Assembly (NCBI RefSeq): GCF_004010195.1
Contig: NC_057719.1
Span: 64,674,819 to 64,738,818 of the forward strand
DNA from: Chiloscyllium plagiosum
Lineage: Eukaryota
Length of the DNA: 64,000 nucleotides
Direction of reading: 5' to 3'
Position numbers and translations under genes: made by a program. Below are positions 1-12,308 of this stretch, in pieces; within the stretch, counting starts at the first letter, position 1; each line of letters begins with the position of its first letter. The notes under the pieces were generated by a model, which saw only the letters and a program-made list of their open reading frames with translations, ran no database searches and had not been told where the DNA came from.

Positions 1-1550
1 AAAAGAGATAGTGCTAGAAAAGCTAAAAGGTCTAAAAATTGACAAATCTCCTGGCCCCAATGGGCTACATCCTAGAATTCTGAGGGAGTTGGCTGAGGAA
101 ATAGTGGAGGTGTTGGTTGAGATCTTTCAAAAGTCACTGGAGTCAGGCAAAGTCCCGGATGATTGGAAGATCGCTGTTGTAACCCCCTTGTTCAAGAAAG
201 GATCAAGACAAAAGATGGAAAATTATAGGCCAATTAGCCTAACCTCGGTTGTTGGTAAAATTCTAGAATCCATCATTAAGGATGAGGTTTCTAAATTCTT
301 GGAAGAGCAGGGTTGGATTAGAACAAGTCAACATGGATTTAGTAAGGGGAGGTCGTGCCTGACAAACCTGTTAGAATTCTTTGAAGAGGTAACAAGTAGG
401 TTAGACTAGGGAAACCCAATGGATGTGGTCTATCTAGACTTCCAAAAGGCCTTTGATAAGGTGGCTGCTGAGTAAGGTGAGGGCCCATGGTGTTCGAAGT
501 GAGCTACTGGCATGGATTGAGGATTGGCTGTCTGACAGAAGGCAGAGAGTTGGGATATGAGGTTCTTTTTCGGAATGGCAGCCGGTGATAAGCGGTGTCC
601 CACAGGGTTCAGTGTTGGGGCCGCAGCTGTTCACCTTATATATTCATGATCTGGATGAAGGGACTGGGGGCATTCTAGGGAAGTTTGCTGATGATACGAA
701 GATAGGTGGACAGGCAGGAAGTGGGGAGGCTGCAGAAGGATCTAGACAGTTTGGGAGAGTGGTCCAGGAAATGGCTGATGAAGTTCAATGTGAGCAAATG
801 CGAGGTCTTGCACTTTGGAAAATGAATACAAACATGGACTACTTTCTTAATGGTGAGAAAATTCATAAAGTCAAAGTACAAAGGGATCTGGGAATGCTAG
901 TCGAGGATTCTCTAAAGGTAAATATTCACGTTGAATCCGTGATTAAGAAAGCGAATGCAATGTTGTCATTTATCTCAAGAGGGTTGGAATATAAAAGCAG
1001 CGATGTGCTACTGAGACTTTATAAAGCTCTGGTTAGGCCCCATTTGGAGTACTGTGTCCAGTTTTGGGCCCCACACCTCAGGAGGGACATACTGGAGCGT
1101 GTCCAGCGGAGATTCACATGGATGATCCCTGGAATGGTAGGAATTAACATACGAGGAACGGCTGAGGATCCTGGGATTGTACTTATTGGAGTTTAGAAGG
1201 TTAAGGGGAGATCTAATAGAAACTTACAAGATAATACATGGCTTGGAAAGGGTGGACGCTAAGAAATTGTTTCTGTTAGGCGGGGAGACTAGGACCCATG
1301 GGCACAGCCTTAAAATTAGAGGGGGTAAATTCAGAACAGAAATGTGGAGACATTTCTTCAGCCAGAGAGTGGTAGGCCTGTGGAATTCATTGCCGCGGTG
1401 TGCAGTGGAGGCCGGGACGCTAAATGTCTTCAAGGCAGAGATTGATAAATTCTTGATGTCACAAGGAATTAAGGGCTATGGGGAGAATGCGGGTAAGTTG
1501 AAATGCCCATCAGCCATGATTAAATAGTGGAGTGGACTCGATGGGCCAAA
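1..1550 (+). mobile_element. CR1-clade LINE, RT region and 3' end (frameshifted, cut by window start)
   Basis: ORF fragments KSPGPNGLHPRIL, NYRPISLTS, SQHGF..GRSCLTNL, SGVPQGSVLGP, KFADD, LYKALVRPHLEYCVQFW, FFSQRVVGLWNSLP; CR1-type tail cagccatgat..ggactcgatgggcc. Confidence 0.93.
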
Positions 1551-2375
1551 TCCCTGACATCATTATGGTAGGTGCTGCATACTACTCAAATATATATTAA
1601 CCCTTTCAATCTCTCTCAGACTGTATACAAGAGAACCTTTTGAGTGAACCTCCAGTTTATGAGTAAGAAATGGGAGGAATGTTCACGTTAATGTTTGTGG
1701 ATTCCTCCTGTGCCTGTTAGTGATCAGCAATCTCCTCATGAAATCAAGATGTTATCAATAATCTTTGTGTTTAGCATTTTTGGGGAAAAAAATTCCATAA
1801 TAAGTTATGCATTATATCTCATTATAATCCAACTGCCAAGATCTTTCATATTAGTTGTGATACAACTTCATTCAGATGATTTGCAACTGCAGTATTCATT
1901 GGAGGGCTGAATTTACTTTTTTTGAGTACTCCAATAGAATCTGGGCAATAAATTTTAAATTAAACTAAATGTCAGACAGATTTCAATGAACTATGTAGTC
2001 TATTTAAAATATTAATTATCCAGTTCAGTCAATATCAATAAGACAATATGGACAAGAACATAGTTTCACTTATTCAAACTTCAGTTCTCTAAATAAGATA
2101 AAGCATATTGAAATCAACAGAACATGATTCCAGGTTGCAAGATCCATCGAATATACAAATATGTAGCACAATTTTCCTGGAGTTAGACCAAATCATTGGT
2201 TTGTTTACTTTTCTTGGTGACAGATGACTAATCTAAATGCTCATTAAATGTATTCAACTACATTTCTAAGGTAAAATAGGTAGTCCCCAGGTTGCAAATA
2301 GATACGTTCTGGAGTCTGTTCGCACGTCAAAACACAATTCAGGACAATGGACCAGAGGTGATCATGAAATGTTTA

Positions 2376-2690
2376 TAGAATCCCTGCAGTTTTAAAACAG
2401 GCTATTTGGCCCAATAAGTCCACACTAACCCTCCAAAGAGGATACCATCCAGACCCATTCTCCTACCCTAATACTCTACATTTACCCTGACTAATGCACC
2501 TACCCCGCACATTGCTCAACACTCTGGGCAACTTAGCATGGCCAATTCACCTAACCTGCACATACTTGGATTGTGAGAGGAAACCCACAAAGACACGGGG
2601 AATGTGCAAACTCCACACAGTCGCCGAGGCTGGAATTGAGCCCTGGTGCTGTGAGGCAGCAGTGCTAACCACTGAGCCACTGTGCCATCC
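2376..2690 (-). mobile_element. HE1-like tRNA-derived SINE
   Basis: Minus strand reads ggcacagtggctcagtggttagcactgctgcctcacagc (A-box head) to a CR1-like tail; clearly homologous to the copy at 60838-61144. Confidence 0.88.
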
Positions 2691-2914
2691 TACGTGATAC
2701 TTTAAAATTGCATCCCTGTATGGGAGTGTGTTTATAAATAGAAACATTTTTAAGTCGAACAGTCATAGATAAGACCCTTTTATATCTATATTAAGCCTTT
2801 AATTATCTTTGCAATTTTCTCATTTTCGTTATTTCATTCTGATGTTACCAATTTAATTAGTTTTCATTAGTCTCGTGTTTTAAAACATTGAAATATAAAA
2901 CTCTGGACCATTTG

Positions 2915-3020
2915 GTAGACCATTTGGCTCTTTTGAGATTCCTCACCATTCAAAATGATCATGGCTGATCTTCTGTCTCAATGTGGTATTCTCATTTCTT
3001 CTCCATAATCCTTGAGACCA
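2915..3020 (-). mobile_element. CR1 3' end fragment
   Basis: tagaccatttggc..ccattcaaaatgatcatggctgatc is the reverse complement of the CR1 tail type at ~1500 and resembles the copy at ~38100. Confidence 0.6.
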
Positions 3021-3036
3021 AATATCCAAATATTTA

Positions 3037-3345
3037 TCATGATTTGGCGATGCCGGTGTTGGACTGGGGTTTACAAAGTTAAAAATCACACAACACTAGG
3101 TTATAATCCAAAAGGTTTAATTGGAAACAGTAGCTTACGGAGCGCCGCTCCTTCATCTTGTGGCCCAGGACATTCAGCGGTCCAGGACATTTGACCTCGG
3201 ACCTTCGGGTGACTATCCTCCAAGGCAGACTTCGGGACAGGCAGCAGCGAAAAGTGGATGAGCAGAGGCTGATAGCTAAGTTCGGTTTCCATTGGGAGGG
3301 TCTCAACCGGGACCTTGGGTTCATGTCACATTACAGGTCACCACC
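3037..3345 (+). mobile_element. Penelope-like element fragment: inverted terminal repeat piece plus endonuclease C-terminus
   Basis: FSGPGHLTSDLRVTILQG..EQRLIAKFGFHWEGLNRDLGFMSHY resembles a PLE C-terminus; degenerate hammerhead-like gatga-aggagcggcgctcc-gtaa on minus strand at ~3131-3158. Confidence 0.75.
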
Positions 3346-3550
3346 ATTGCACTATACAGACACTCACACATACTCCTACAGACACACACATTCTCTTACA
3401 CACACACACACACTCTCAACCCCCACCCCAGACACGCACGCACTCCTACAGACATATGCACCCTTTAACAGACTTAGATAGTTTATACTCTCACACACAT
3501 ATACACTCTCTCCAAGACATTCTCAACCACGCACACACACACATATATTT
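3345..3550. repeat. Degenerate (CA)n-rich low-complexity tract
   Basis: Repeated cacacaca/cactctc units directly after the PLE C-terminus. Confidence 0.8.
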
Positions 3551-3557
3551 GTGTGTA

Positions 3558-4640
3558 GGATGGACTATAGCTCTTCTCACCCTACATCCTGTAAGGACTC
3601 TATCCCTTTCTCTCAGCTCCTTTGTCTCCGCCGCATTTGTTCTGATGAGGCCACTTTCCAAAGTGGTGCTCTTAATATGTGCTCCTTCTTCTCCAACCGT
3701 GGCTTCCCACNNNNNNNNNNNNNNNNNNNNNNNNNNNNNNNNNNNNNNNNNNNNNNNNNNNNNNNNNNNNNNNNNNNNNNNNNNNNNNNNNNNNNNNNNN
3801 NNNNNNNNNNNNNNNNNNNNNNNNNNNNNNNNNNNNNNNNNNNNNNNNNNNNNNNNNNNNNNNNNNNNNNNNNNNNNNNNNNNNNNNNNNNNNNNNNNNN
3901 NNNNNNNNNNNNNNNNNNNNNNNNNNNNNNNNNNNNNNNNNNNNNNNNNNNNNNNNNNNNNNNNNNNNNNNNNNNNNNNNNNNNNNNNNNNNNNNNNNNN
4001 NNNNNNNNNNNNNNNNNNNNNNNNNNNNNNNNNNNNNNNNNNNNNNNNNNNNNNNNNNNNNNNNNNNNNNNNNNNNNNNNNNNNNNNNNNNNNNNNNNNN
4101 NNNNNNNNNNNNNNNNNNNNNNNNNNNNNNNNNNNNNNNNNNNNNNNNNNNNNNNNNNNNNNNNNNNNNNNNNNNNNNNNNNNNNNNNNNNNNNNNNNNN
4201 NNNNNNNNNAAAATTTTTTTTCACTGTTCTGTACCTCTTATTTCTTGATTGTCTCTCTTTCTCTCACTCCCCACTCTCTCATCACCTTTTCCCCCTCCTC
4301 TTCCCCTTTTGCTACCCTTCTCCCCTGTTTCCATTTTGCCTCTGCTTCACCCATCCCCACCATCCTCCACATATTTTGTCACATAGCACTGGCTTCAGCC
4401 TTGGTCATTCCTAGCTCCTAATCTCCCTACAATCTCTCTATGCACTGTCATTATCACCTCTTTATTGCTACCTTTGCTTCTGGACCCATGACTCACCTTC
4501 TCTCAGCCTAGTATAAATACCTCCCCTTTTTTTTAGTTTTGACAAAGGGTCAGTTAGACTCGAAACATCAGCTCTTTGCTCTCCTTACAGATGCTGCCAG
4601 ACTTGCTGAGATTTTCCAGCATTTCTCTTTTGGTTTCAGA
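3558..4640 (+). mobile_element. Penelope-like element pieces on both sides of an assembly gap
   Basis: DYSSSHPTSCKDSIPFSQLLCLRRICSD..FFSNRGFP (PLE post-RT region) before the gap; pyrimidine-rich tail and terminal-repeat motif gactcgaaacatcagct..gatgctgccagacttgctgag after it. Confidence 0.75.
3711..4209. other. Assembly gap (499 N)
   Basis: Run of n. Confidence 1.
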
Positions 4641-4920
4641 TTGCTGAAAAGATTGCATTTTTTTTGAAAGCAAACATTACACTCATTGTAAGTATATTTT
4701 ACACAGCTGATGGTTCAAGGAGTAGTAGGAGGAGATGTAGACAAGCAGGAGCTGATTGGGGGAGGGGTGCTGTGGTGGGGGATGGTGGGAATTGAAGATT
4801 CAGCAGCAAGAAGTAGCTGGTCTGTGGACAAGTGACTAGTTATTAATGATACAGCTGCTTTCCAATAGTTAATAATTGGTTCTCAGGAGACTGAACAATT
4901 TTGGGCTGTAAACAAAATAG

Positions 4921-5996
4921 GAAGTGCTATTTCTAACCCTGAACACAACCTCTCTCATTCAAACCATGGGCTGGGCTGCAATGGCAGCATTTAAAACTTA
5001 TTATTTAAAGCACATGTTCAGGAAGTTGATTGCAGAGGGATAATGAGGATAGTGCTCTTCAATTTTGGAAGAGCTTTGACATTAAAAATGACATCATTGT
5101 GGAGGCCTGGGTGATGTCAGTAAGGATTGCTTAGATGCAGTTTGACAGAAGGGTTCTCCCAAATTTTCTTCATGATTTTAAAGGCGTTGAACCTTTAGTA
5201 TCCTCCAGCAATCAAAGAACATTGTGTTGCTCTTGCAAAGCAAGTTGAATTTGAAGAACTGGAGACTGAGGATGTTGCAGAGCTCCTTAAGTCACATTGT
5301 GAAAACCTCTCCACAGTTTGTTGCTGTGGGGGAAGTTGAAGCTCGAGATGAAGATGAAGAAGTCCAGGATGCAGCACCATGAGAGTTTTACACTTCTCTT
5401 TTGTTTTCTATCCTGAGGGAAGTTGAGAAGCAGTTGTAGCTCTTAGAAAACAATGACTACAATGCAGAACACAGCAGGATAGCACAAAATCATTAGTTTT
5501 ATCTAGCACCCTATGTACAGCTTCTTCGTGAAATAAAAAAGATGGCAAAGCAGCAAAAACTAGATGCTTTTTTTAAGCCAACCCCCAGAAACACTCAGAG
5601 GACAATGAACCACAGCTGTCTACTTCTGGACTAATTTTTGTTTTCATTGTAACCTTGCACCCAGAACTGCACCTGAAAGAATGATGATGACCCTCAGCCC
5701 TGTCTTAATACAGACAGTAACTCAGCAAACTCACAAACCCTTTCAAGTTACCTTCTAGTTTTTCAGGGTAAAATGTTAAATTTATTGTATTATTTCATTA
5801 AAATATATGATTTTAAAATTTACTTAAACTGTGTTATCGTTTGTGTTAGGGTAACTATTTCAATTTTTACTGATATTTTTGGTGGTCTGCCCCAATCCTG
5901 TTTTTCCCATAGACTCCAATATTTCTATTGCACAATTTTCTATAACACGAGGTCACATGAGGCCACAACTATTGCATTATAGAAGAACAGACTGTA
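4921..5996 (+). mobile_element. Tigger/pogo DNA transposon relic (transposase C-terminal half plus right TIR)
   Basis: From 4924: VLFLTLNTTSLIQTMGWAAMAAFKTYYLKHMF, then FWKSFDIK..IVEAW, matching the Tigger DDE motif FLPPNTTSLIQPMDQG..FKAYY; ends ttatagaagaacagactg+TA. Confidence 0.8.
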
Positions 5997-6479
5997 TAAC
6001 TGTATTAGTTAAAACTCTAACTCCTTTACAAAACCTGCTTACGCATACACAGACAGGAAAAAGAAATACATGGATGTTGTGGACTGAGGGGAGAAAGTGA
6101 AAAAGCAGTTCAGTGTTCCCTGTTCACAGGATTTGCTGACATGATTCTTGTACAGTCTTAGAAAATATTGCAACCTTTTTGCAATATTCCAGATTACAGA
6201 GGGAGTTCACAGCACCTCTTAAAGAAAATATCCCTTCCATCTCACTAAAATATTGATTTGCTGGATTTCCACTTTGATTTGTTGGATTCTGATCATGTTT
6301 GATTTGTTTTAATTGCAATATATTTATTGAATTTATATTTCACAAATTATGACTTGTAATTACAGAGACTTGATTTTAGGATATTTGTACATTGGTACGA
6401 TTGGAAAAGATGCCCATGTAAAGCAAATGGTAAATGTAATGCATAGCCAGAGAGATGGAACACTGTGAACCACTAAGGA

Positions 6480-6750
6480 AGCTCTGGATATTATAAAAAG
6501 ATATTGAACCTAGAGTGAAGGAGCGTATCAAAGCTATTGCCTAGCTTGCCATTGATAAAGCCCAGATGCTGATGCTATACCACCTGAATTCAAATACAGC
6601 AAGCTAGCATTCCTGAAGAAAATATACAAGTTTTATTGTCTCTACTGAGCAGAGGGGGCAGTGCTGAAAGATATTGCATGATGTAAAGATTGTGATCCTG
6701 TCCTAGAAAAAGGTCAATCACAGTGCTTGTAACAACTGTCAGTGAATATA
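6480..6750 (+). mobile_element. RTE-clade LINE RT N-terminal fragment, very decayed
   Basis: KA/PDADAIPPEF and DVKIVILS*KKVNHSACNNCQ*I resemble RTE KAPGxDGIPPE and DAKIVTLYKNKGDRSDCNNYRGI. Confidence 0.6.
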
Positions 6751-6900
6751 TTCAATAAAGAGATAGATACATTTTAAAGATACCAAGGGGTTATGAGGAG
6801 AAAACAGAAATATGCATTAAGATAACGAATCAGCCATAATCATACTGAATGACAAGTAAATAGATTCTAGCTACAGGTAAACAATTATGAATCATCTGGA

Positions 6901-7126
6901 TACAGGTTGTTTTGCTATAAAGCGTGTTTCGTTAATGCAAATTTGCTGTAAAATGATTGACAAATTGGGGATACTGTGTTTCTAAAGCATGAAATTTTTA
7001 AAGAGTATGGCAGCTGTAACACGATTACATTGCTAACACTTTAAGCGCTGTTTCTAAAGCATGATTTTTCTATAATGCGGGGTTAGACAAGAACACTACC
7101 ATCATGTTATGAAAGAATTACCTGTA
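6901..7126. mobile_element. Tigger/mariner-type MITE
   Basis: Left end TA-caggttgttttgctataa; right end reverse complement TA-caggtaattctttcataa; TA on both sides. Confidence 0.75.
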
Positions 7127-8727
7127 GCTTCATTAAATGTTTATTGAAAAATAATCTAAAGTCAAATGTAAAAACACTGAAGTCAATGGGAGCTGCATCA
7201 TGCGGTTCAGAAGCAGCACTAGACACAGCAACTCTGCAGCTGACTAGTGTGCCATTTTGCTGGCATGTTCAGGCCATTTTCCAAGAGTTTGCTTCAGGTG
7301 TGAGATAGCTATCTGTCCACAAGTGGCAGTAGTCATTTAAACCAATTAAAGGACCTATTAAGGCTAATTCTCTTCATATGTACACACACACACATCCTCC
7401 TCTGCAGTCAAATCCCAGATGAGGAATGGAGGTTACTCTCTGGCATAGCAGAGCAGAGGGTATAGGATCTCCTTCACAGTCAAATTAACCAAGGGCCCCT
7501 GGCTGCAGCAATAGGCCACCCCAATGTAGATGCAAAGTGATATTCTGGCTGCCATGGCTGTTTTTTATTTGAACATTTTGAAGATTCTTCAGACTAAACC
7601 TCCAGCTTTATCCCAGTTTCGTTGTCCGCGTTTGCCTCTGATGGTTGGGCTTGGTTAATCTTGGTTGCTGAAGATATTCCAATTGGCCCCCAATGTGGGG
7701 AAGCTGCTCCACATCCTTAACTGGATTCTGAATGTGTCACCTGTCAACTGGTAGGCCACGTACTTGAAAATCACTTTGGGTGTCAGATACCATTATGGTA
7801 TGCGGTTGGGATGCTTCTGACCTTGGTTTTTGGCTGTGAATTTCATGGTATCAAATTGCCAGGGAAATAAATAATCCTAAGCAGTTTTTTAAAATCCTGT
7901 TTTTTTGTGTTTGTAAATAATTCCACATATTGATCTTTTCTTGGGTTGCTCCAATATTTGCATTCTTCTTTCTGTCTTGTGAATTTTGTCATGAATTTAG
8001 TTTAATAGCAGAGCATTAAATATAGAGTTTTTTTTCCTGTGGTGAGTGGATATGTGCAGCACCTAAAATTCTTGCAAAAGAAAGTGTGATAGAGTCTGTT
8101 ATTGTGAACAGAATTGTTAGCTTATCCTGGCCAGGGTCATATTGTATTTCAGTTTGCTTGGCAATGAAAAATACCGTGCAACTATTTCTTGATTCCAGCA
8201 GTTAGATTGCACTCTACCGAGACAGTGGTAAGAGTTGAGTTGAACACAACTGTAATCAAATACATCTGGCTTTGATGTTATCTGTATGGTTCAGTTTTTT
8301 TAAAATCACAGCATTTGAGCCAACTGCTCCTAGGGACATTGGGGCTTCAGGATTCAATATCCACTGTCTGATGCGTGAGGTGGTAGCAATGGCTGATTTG
8401 TTTCAGCTTTACATTCTTATGATTGTGTTCCAAATGTAGTTTTGCCATGTGGCAAGGGCGCTGATCTATCACTCAACATGTGATTTCCAAGTGCTGACAT
8501 ATCTAAATGTTATGTGAATGCCTTGTTAGACTGCAGGTCCATAGGTACTGTATGTATTCGAGTATAAAAACTGAATTGTTTATTGTAGTGTATTGTAGTT
8601 TAAAAAAATGATTAAACTTAGTCTCAGCACTTTTGAAATTGTAAAGTCTTAACAGCAAATTGTTAAATTTAGTTATATATAGCTTTTGCAAATCATCTAA
8701 GCCGATGTTTGCCTTTTATCATATTGC

Positions 8728-8828
8728 AGTTCTGAAGAAGGGTCACTGAACCCAAAACGTTAACTCTGCTTTATCTCCACATATGCTGTCAGACCTGCTG
8801 AGTCTCCAGCAATTTCTGCTTTTGTTTC
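8728..8828 (+). mobile_element. Penelope terminal-repeat remnant with minimal hammerhead motif
   Basis: agtt-CTGAAGA-a-gggt(cactga)accc-AAAA-cgtt-aact, then atgctgtcagacctgctgag as in other PLE ends in this window. Confidence 0.7.
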
Positions 8829-9439
8829 CCTTTTATTCTGTGTCAAGTTTTATCGGTTGATTGAAATTTGGAGAAACTTTTCACATTGCATGCTACACAA
8901 ATGTAATAAAAATATTTGTAAACATTGTTGTCTTATTTTGGTGTGTAAGCTTCTCTTCAAAGAAATTGAAACCTTTTGTTGAGAATTTTCTTGAATTCTG
9001 TATGCTTTGTGCATTCTGGTGCAAAATGCTATGCTTTAAAATTAAAGCAAGATCATAAATTTAGTCTGTGGTAAAGCAACAGTGATTACTACTTTATGAC
9101 ATAGGTCATCTCTGGTTACAGGCCTCCTTGTAATTTAACAACATTTTCATTGGGATTTTAATATCTGAGACAATATCGTTTGGCCGTTTACAAAAATTTA
9201 ATGAAGAGTCACTGTATGTGGTCATTGTGAAAGTACTATATATCTGCTCAAGGTTTTTGCTTAACTCCATTCTTAATCTTTGCCTTTTTTTATGCTTTCA
9301 TTTGATTTCCTTGCTTCTCCTTAAAGCATTAATTCTTCCTGGACTGTATTTACACAGCTTCTCTGCATACTGTAGTATCTCACCTATATGGGATGCTATC
9401 AATGCAACAAATGAAGGAGAGCAAATTTTTCTTTCATTT

Positions 9440-9625
9440 ATATTGTGGACTTTGCTGGTTGGGCCAGTATTCATTCATCCCTAGTTCTCTTGAGATGGTG
9501 ATGGTAACGGTGAGCTACCTCTTTGAACCTCTACAGTCCATTTGGCTTGGGTAGGTCCACAAAGCTGTGGGAGTAGGCTCAAAGTTCCAGGATTTTCATT
9601 CTGTGACATTGAAGGAAGGACAATG
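9440..9625 (-). mobile_element. CR1-clade LINE family B, 3' end fragment
   Basis: cagtattcattcatccctagttctcttgagatgg resembles the family-B 3' ends at ~18345 and ~56460. Confidence 0.55.
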
Positions 9626-9935
9626 GAGTGGGGGTGGAGGGGGGCTACAAGCGCTGAATTTATTTGCCCTCTTTTACTCCCCTAGCCAAAAATTGTTTGA
9701 AACAAAGATATTAACTCTCTATCTATCATGCAACTATATCATACTTCTAAAAATATTAATGCTAGTCAAAATTAAAGAAATAATTGCAACGTTTCTTGAG
9801 TGAAAGAAAGGGGATCGTTAGGACTTGGTAACCCAGAGAAAAGTAATAAAAGAATGTACCAAAAAACACTAAGTTAATAAGGGAAGAGTGTCTGAGACAT
9901 AGTAATATTTTTTCATTTATACATGTATATAATAT

Positions 9936-10335
9936 TCAAAGTTTGTGAGAAGATTTGTAGCTCGGGTGCTCGTTGTTGTGGTTCTGTTCGTTGAGCTGGG
10001 AATTTGTGTTGCAGACGTTTTGTCCCCTGTCTAGGTGACATCCTCCGTGCTTGGGAGCCTCCTGTGAAGCGCTTCTGTGATGTTTCCTCCGGCATTTATA
10101 GTGGTTTGTCTCTGCCGCTTCCGGTAACAAACACATCGACCTGGACCCAATATACTGGCCACTGCAGCGGACAGCTGGAACTGACAACCGGAAGCGGCAG
10201 AGACAAACCACTATAAATGCCGGAGGAAACATCACAAAAGCGCTTCACAGGAGGCTCCCAAGCACTGAGAATGTCACCTAGACAGGGGACGAAACATCTG
10301 CAACATAAATTCTCAGCTCGGTGAACAGAACCACA
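9936..10335. mobile_element. Penelope-derived fold-back insertion with 15-bp TSD
   Basis: 151-bp inverted arms (9975-10125 / 10187-10337); acatgtatataatat at 9921-9935 and 10336-10350; a degenerate hammerhead motif in each arm. Confidence 0.85.
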
Positions 10336-10954
10336 ACATGTATATAATATCCTGATGCTCAGTCCTTTTTGGGCATTGAATTGCCGATTTGTGAACATGA
10401 TGCTACAGCTTCAAGAAGAAGAGTCTTTTTGCTGAGGTTGGTGAAAGTACATGTCAGAAGAAAACAGCAGTCACTGCAAACAGTTGTCAAGTAGCAGCAG
10501 GTCAATGAGAAGTCAATTGAGATTCATATGAGAAGGACAAGAATAACCAATGAAAATTCACAGGACCTTGTCCAAATAATATTGAATGGTGCCCATAGAC
10601 AGTCACTGCCGAATTGGTGTACTGTCAAAAACTGTCAGCATCAGACCTGAACAATAGAGTTTAAAGTTGTTACTGAATAAAAACATGTTTGAGGATGAAA
10701 AGGCAAGTTGTTTAAAAGCCTTTGGGATCCTTTGCTTTCTAAATGCAACATTGACTTCCAAGCTATTGTAGTTTCAATAAACCTTCAATGAATCACTTGT
10801 TTAGTATCATGCTAATTTTGGGTACTCTTTTGGAAGGATACTATCTATGAAGGATTTCAGTTCAGCAGAGTGTCTAGAGAAACTCAAGGCAAATTAAAAA
10901 AGAAATGTAAGGAGGAAAGAGGGTGTTTCATTCCTATCATGCTTTTCATAAGCC

Positions 10955-11170
10955 ATCTAAGGGGCAACGTTTTCACACAGGGTGGTGCGTGTATGGAATG
11001 AGTGCCAGAGGAAGTAGTGGAGGCTGGTACAATTAAAGTCTCTGGACAGGTATATGAATAGAAGGGGTTTAGAGGGATATGGGCCAAGTGCTGGCAAATG
11101 GGACTAGGTCAGGTTTGGATATCTGGTTGGCATGGACGAGTTGGACCGAATCTGGACATCTCTATGACTC
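10955..11170 (+). mobile_element. CR1/HER1-like LINE 3' end (family A)
   Basis: ttttcacacag..gtatggaatgag..gggccaagtgctggcaaatgggactag..ggacgagttggaccgaa..tctatgactc. Confidence 0.85.
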
Positions 11171-11211
11171 AGGACATATCAGCATTTTATAGCCAATAAA
11201 GTACTTTTGAA

Positions 11212-11735
11212 GTAAAAATAGAAAATGCTGAAAACACTTTGAAGGTCTAGTTACATCTGTGGGGAGAGAAACAACTAAGTTTCAGATCAGTGACCTTTCA
11301 TCAGAACTAGGAAACATGAGAAATGTTGTGTGTTTTGAGTAAGTGAATGAGGGGTGTTGGGGTGAAAAAAGAGCAAAAGTGATGGGTGAACACTGTATCA
11401 ACTAAATGACAAGGTTTTGATAGTAAGGGGCAATGGGAGATTGAAAGAAACAAACGATATGCACAGAAGGCGTGTGAATAGTTGCCATCTGTAAACAAAG
11501 CAAAAGACAAATGATCCAAGAAGAGGAAACTGGTGAATAAAAAAGAAGCAAAATGGCACAGAGATTATGCCCAAAATTTGTTGAACTCTACCAAGCCCAG
11601 AAGCTATAAAGCGTCATGTTGAAAAATGAGGTGCTGTTCCTCAAACTTGTGCTGTGTAGAGGTTGAAATGGGAGCAAGGTGGAGAATTAAACTGAAATGC
11701 AACTGAAAGGTCAGGATCATGTTTGTGGACTGAAT
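11212..11735 (-). mobile_element. Penelope-like 3' fragment
   Basis: Minus strand agtt-CTGATGA-a-aggtc(act)gatct-GAAA at 11275-11308; purine-rich body and aatgaggtgctgttcctc motif. Confidence 0.65.
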
Positions 11736-11904
11736 CTTTGTCTTCTTTGTCTTCCCATATGGTTCTTAAATTTTATTTTAGTGGGTTGAATTCGTTGTGA
11801 ATTGAAGTTGAATTCTTGGCAGTGCTTTTTTATTATTTGTTTCTTTGATATGGGCATCACTGACTAGGCCAGTATTTTTCACCCACATTTCTTTGCCTAT
11901 GGGC

Positions 11905-12308
11905 AGGTGCTGTAGCACTGCTGCTCCCTCACCACCCGACGCCTGAAGGAAGAACCCTTGTCTTCCGCCTCGGAACACTTCAACCCCAGGGCATCAATGT
12001 GGATTTCACCAGTTTCCTCATTTTCCCCTCCCCCCACCTTAAACCAGTTTCCTCATTTCCCCTCCTCCCACCTTACCCCAGCTCCAACCTTTCAGCTCAA
12101 CACCATCCTCATGACCTGTCCTACCTGCCAATCTCCCTCCCCACCTCTCCGCTCCACCCCCATTCACCAGTTGTACTCTTTGCTACCCCCCACCCCCCCC
12201 ATTTATCTCTCCAAACTGGAGGCTTCCTGCCTCTATTCCTGATGAAAGACTTTTGCCCGAAATGCCTGATCTGCTGTGCTTTTCCAGCACCACTATGATC
12301 TAAACTCT
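11905..12308 (+). mobile_element. Penelope-like 3' fragment inserted in a CR1 family-B end (11835-12430)
   Basis: Homologous to 47280-47700 (gaagga..tcttccgcctcggaac..caacc); attcCTGATGA..gcccGAAA at 12235-12262; family-B sequence resumes at ~12308. Confidence 0.7.

Noticed and set aside
2277..2790. Possible Tigger-type MITE around the SINE
   Set aside because: Left end looks TIR-like but I could not match a right TIR.
3315..4421. Long ORFs of 189-368 aa in the track
   Set aside because: Artefacts of reading through the N gap and low-complexity flanks.
8153..8227. 75-bp candidate exon (tttcag|...gtg|gtaaga)
   Set aside because: Stop codons in all three frames; splice-like motifs this short occur by chance.
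9913..10398. Similar peptides on opposite strands, suggesting paired genes
   Set aside because: A direct consequence of the inverted repeat; no coding signal.
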